Of a DNA stretch of 64,000 bases, positions 62,025 to 64,000 are shown one piece after another; position 1 is the stretch's first letter, and each line of letters opens with the position of its first letter. Source of the stretch: Utricularia gibba (lineage: Eukaryota; Plantae; Magnoliophyta); assembly GCA_002189035.1 (NCBI GenBank), contig NEEC01000014.1, positions 682,001 through 746,000 of the forward strand, written 5' to 3'. The notes under the pieces are model-generated. The model made no database searches, was not told where the DNA came from, and worked only from the letters and a program-made list of their open reading frames with translations. The position numbers and the translations under genes were made by a program.

Positions 62025-64000
62025 ACCCAGCTGTCTTTCAATCCGGTGTGGGTTTCCCTTGTCGTTATGTGGATTGGTTAAATCTTTCTTATTTATTTTC
62101 ATTTTGTAACAAAATAAAAATAAAAAATCTCCCCTTCCCGTCCCGTCGTCACAACTCACACGTGAACCATACAACTAAAATTATATTTTAAGTTCCACAA
62201 CCAGTTCTACCCCTAATTTTTACACTACAATCACATTTTAAACTAAAAAAAATAAAAAAATCAAATCATTGATTTGTAGAAATAAACTATTTCTATAATA
62301 TTTCATAACGAGTTTAATACTTTTTTATAATATTTTAAACAAAAATAAAAAATAATAATTTGAATGCAGTGCCATATACTTTTCTTTCAGATTCCATATT
62401 TTTTAAAAAATAAAAATAATATAAAACTTTATAATAAATTATTATATTTAATAACCATTTTTGTGCAATATTTTAATAAAAAAAATAAGGTGTATTGGAT
62501 ATTTTCTCATGACTTCATACGAAAGTGGATGATAATCGGGTATATTAAAAATTCGGATATCTTTTCATCGCTTTGTGATAAAATTTTAAATTTAATGTAT
62601 GAAAAATATTATATGAATGTCCAATTTTTTAAATAACCCGAATATAATTCTATATATTTTAAAATAATGTGAGGAAGACAAAACCCTAATGTTATGGCAG
62701 GAAGAGGCGCAGATACGAATTGGAAATAATAATACATTCCTCTTGCCACTGCATGACTGACATTAACTCTGGGTAGTTGAAGAAGAAGAAGAAGAGTTAT
62801 ATGGGGGTGTCGGCTGCGGACTGATTGGATTCAATCCCCGACTCCAGCCGTGGTCCAACAAAATTTAATAATTAAAAAACCCAATATTTATAAAAAGAAA
62901 ACATGCTGCAATAAATAAGGTGGGGGGGTGTGCTGTGCTGCTTTACCTGCTTTTGCATTGAAGAACTGCTGGATGATATCGAGAGATTGCTTTATCATCA
63001 TCGTCCTCGTCGTCCCCCATGCTTGGGTTCCGCGTCGTTGGCCCTGGCCCATCCCCATCCCCATCCCCCGGCTCCATTAATGAATGCAGCAACCCCCTGT
63101 TTGAATCCCCAACTTCTTACCCTTTTGTCGGTTCCCCTTCCCCTTTGTATTTTTACCACTCGAATCCATCATCTTTATCATCATCCACACTGTTGGAGAT
63201 CGATCCTTCCATGGATGAATGAGTGCCTGCATGTGACTGCAGCGCATCGGAGAGGAGTTCCGGTGGTGGAGAATGGGAGGAGGGAGGAGGCTCCCCGGGA
63301 ATGCAAAATGACCTGATTTCCGACACAAGAATACTTGGGGATCAGCTTTAGGGGCCCATTCTCAGATGCATGATTTGCAGTTACTGTTGGACTGTTGAAA
63401 CCAGTGTCCCCTCGAGGGTAATAAAATAATAAAATACTGCTTCTGGTTCAGTGAACAGATCCTTGTTGGGTCAAAGTTTGGGTGGCCATGGAAGTTGCGT
63501 AGCTTTTTCATGTTGTCAAAAGGCCCTATTTAGGTACACATATGATTATCAGATAGAAAGGTGACCGGAGAATATGGGAGCTGGCTGAGAAAAGGTGATG
63601 ATGATGCACTGTGACAGGAGTGATCATGATCATGATCATGACGATGATCTTCGCACGCGTTTCATGTCATCCCTACCAGCGAATCTTATGCTTATTTTGA
63701 TGCTCGGTATGATGGTACCACCAACTTCTGACAAGCAACAGGATTAGGGCTATTTAGCCCTAGCCCACGCGTGTGGGCCGGAGGTACGAGCAAGAATGAA
63801 ACTGGATCAACCCAATCGGTTATGGCAGGTGCAGTGGGATGGGCTGATGAGAGCAGTTTTGTAGTTCCAGGGCCGAATCCCGTTCGTTCAGTCGATAATT
63901 GACTTTCTTGGATGCTGCTGCTGCTGCTGCTGTGATTTCGCGAAAAATAACATGCTTGTAGGAGTGGCGATTTCCCGGGCGCCTTGTTCGATCTGAGTTG

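Noticed and set aside
117-63328. Most remaining short ORFs in the six-frame track
   Set aside because: They are antisense or off-frame shadows of exons, or exon-plus-intron read-through, already explained by the spliced models.
62640-64000. Partial resemblance to conserved miRNAs (miR156, miR393, miR408, miR482)
   Set aside because: No match to a full mature sequence as I remember them, and no clean miRNA/miRNA* duplex.

Overview
Gene-dense plant nuclear DNA, probably from a eudicot, with short introns and AT-rich spacers. I could rebuild about 19 spliced protein genes by hand: an oligopeptide transporter (partial), kinesin-12, ATP23, a BPI/LBP protein, a SAM methyltransferase, Aquarius helicase, a USP-domain cytoplasmic kinase, TOPBP1/MEI1, a small plastid protein of unknown function, DEG2, an SR34-like splicing factor, H2AX, GID1, a PPR protein, a BSD protein, an OSCA/CSC1 channel, DGP3/RbgA GTPase, IDN2-like and pPLAIII. 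There is also one tRNA-His gene and one candidate orphan gene. I found no intact transposon, no recognisable miRNA and no multi-gene novel system. The strongest observations are: (1) a minor-spliceosome intron in MEI1 whose reading frame requires AT-AA ends; (2) a tRNA-His gene only 74 nt after the DGP3 stop codon on the same strand, a candidate mRNA:tRNA dicistron; (3) seven single-base deletions in short base runs that break five conserved genes, most likely long-read consensus errors rather than pseudogenes; (4) three unexplained GC-richer tracts near 26.3, 42.4 and 63.3 kb; (5) clear cell-cycle cis-elements (MSA, E2F) in compact promoters. Family assignments rest on remembered motifs, not database searches.
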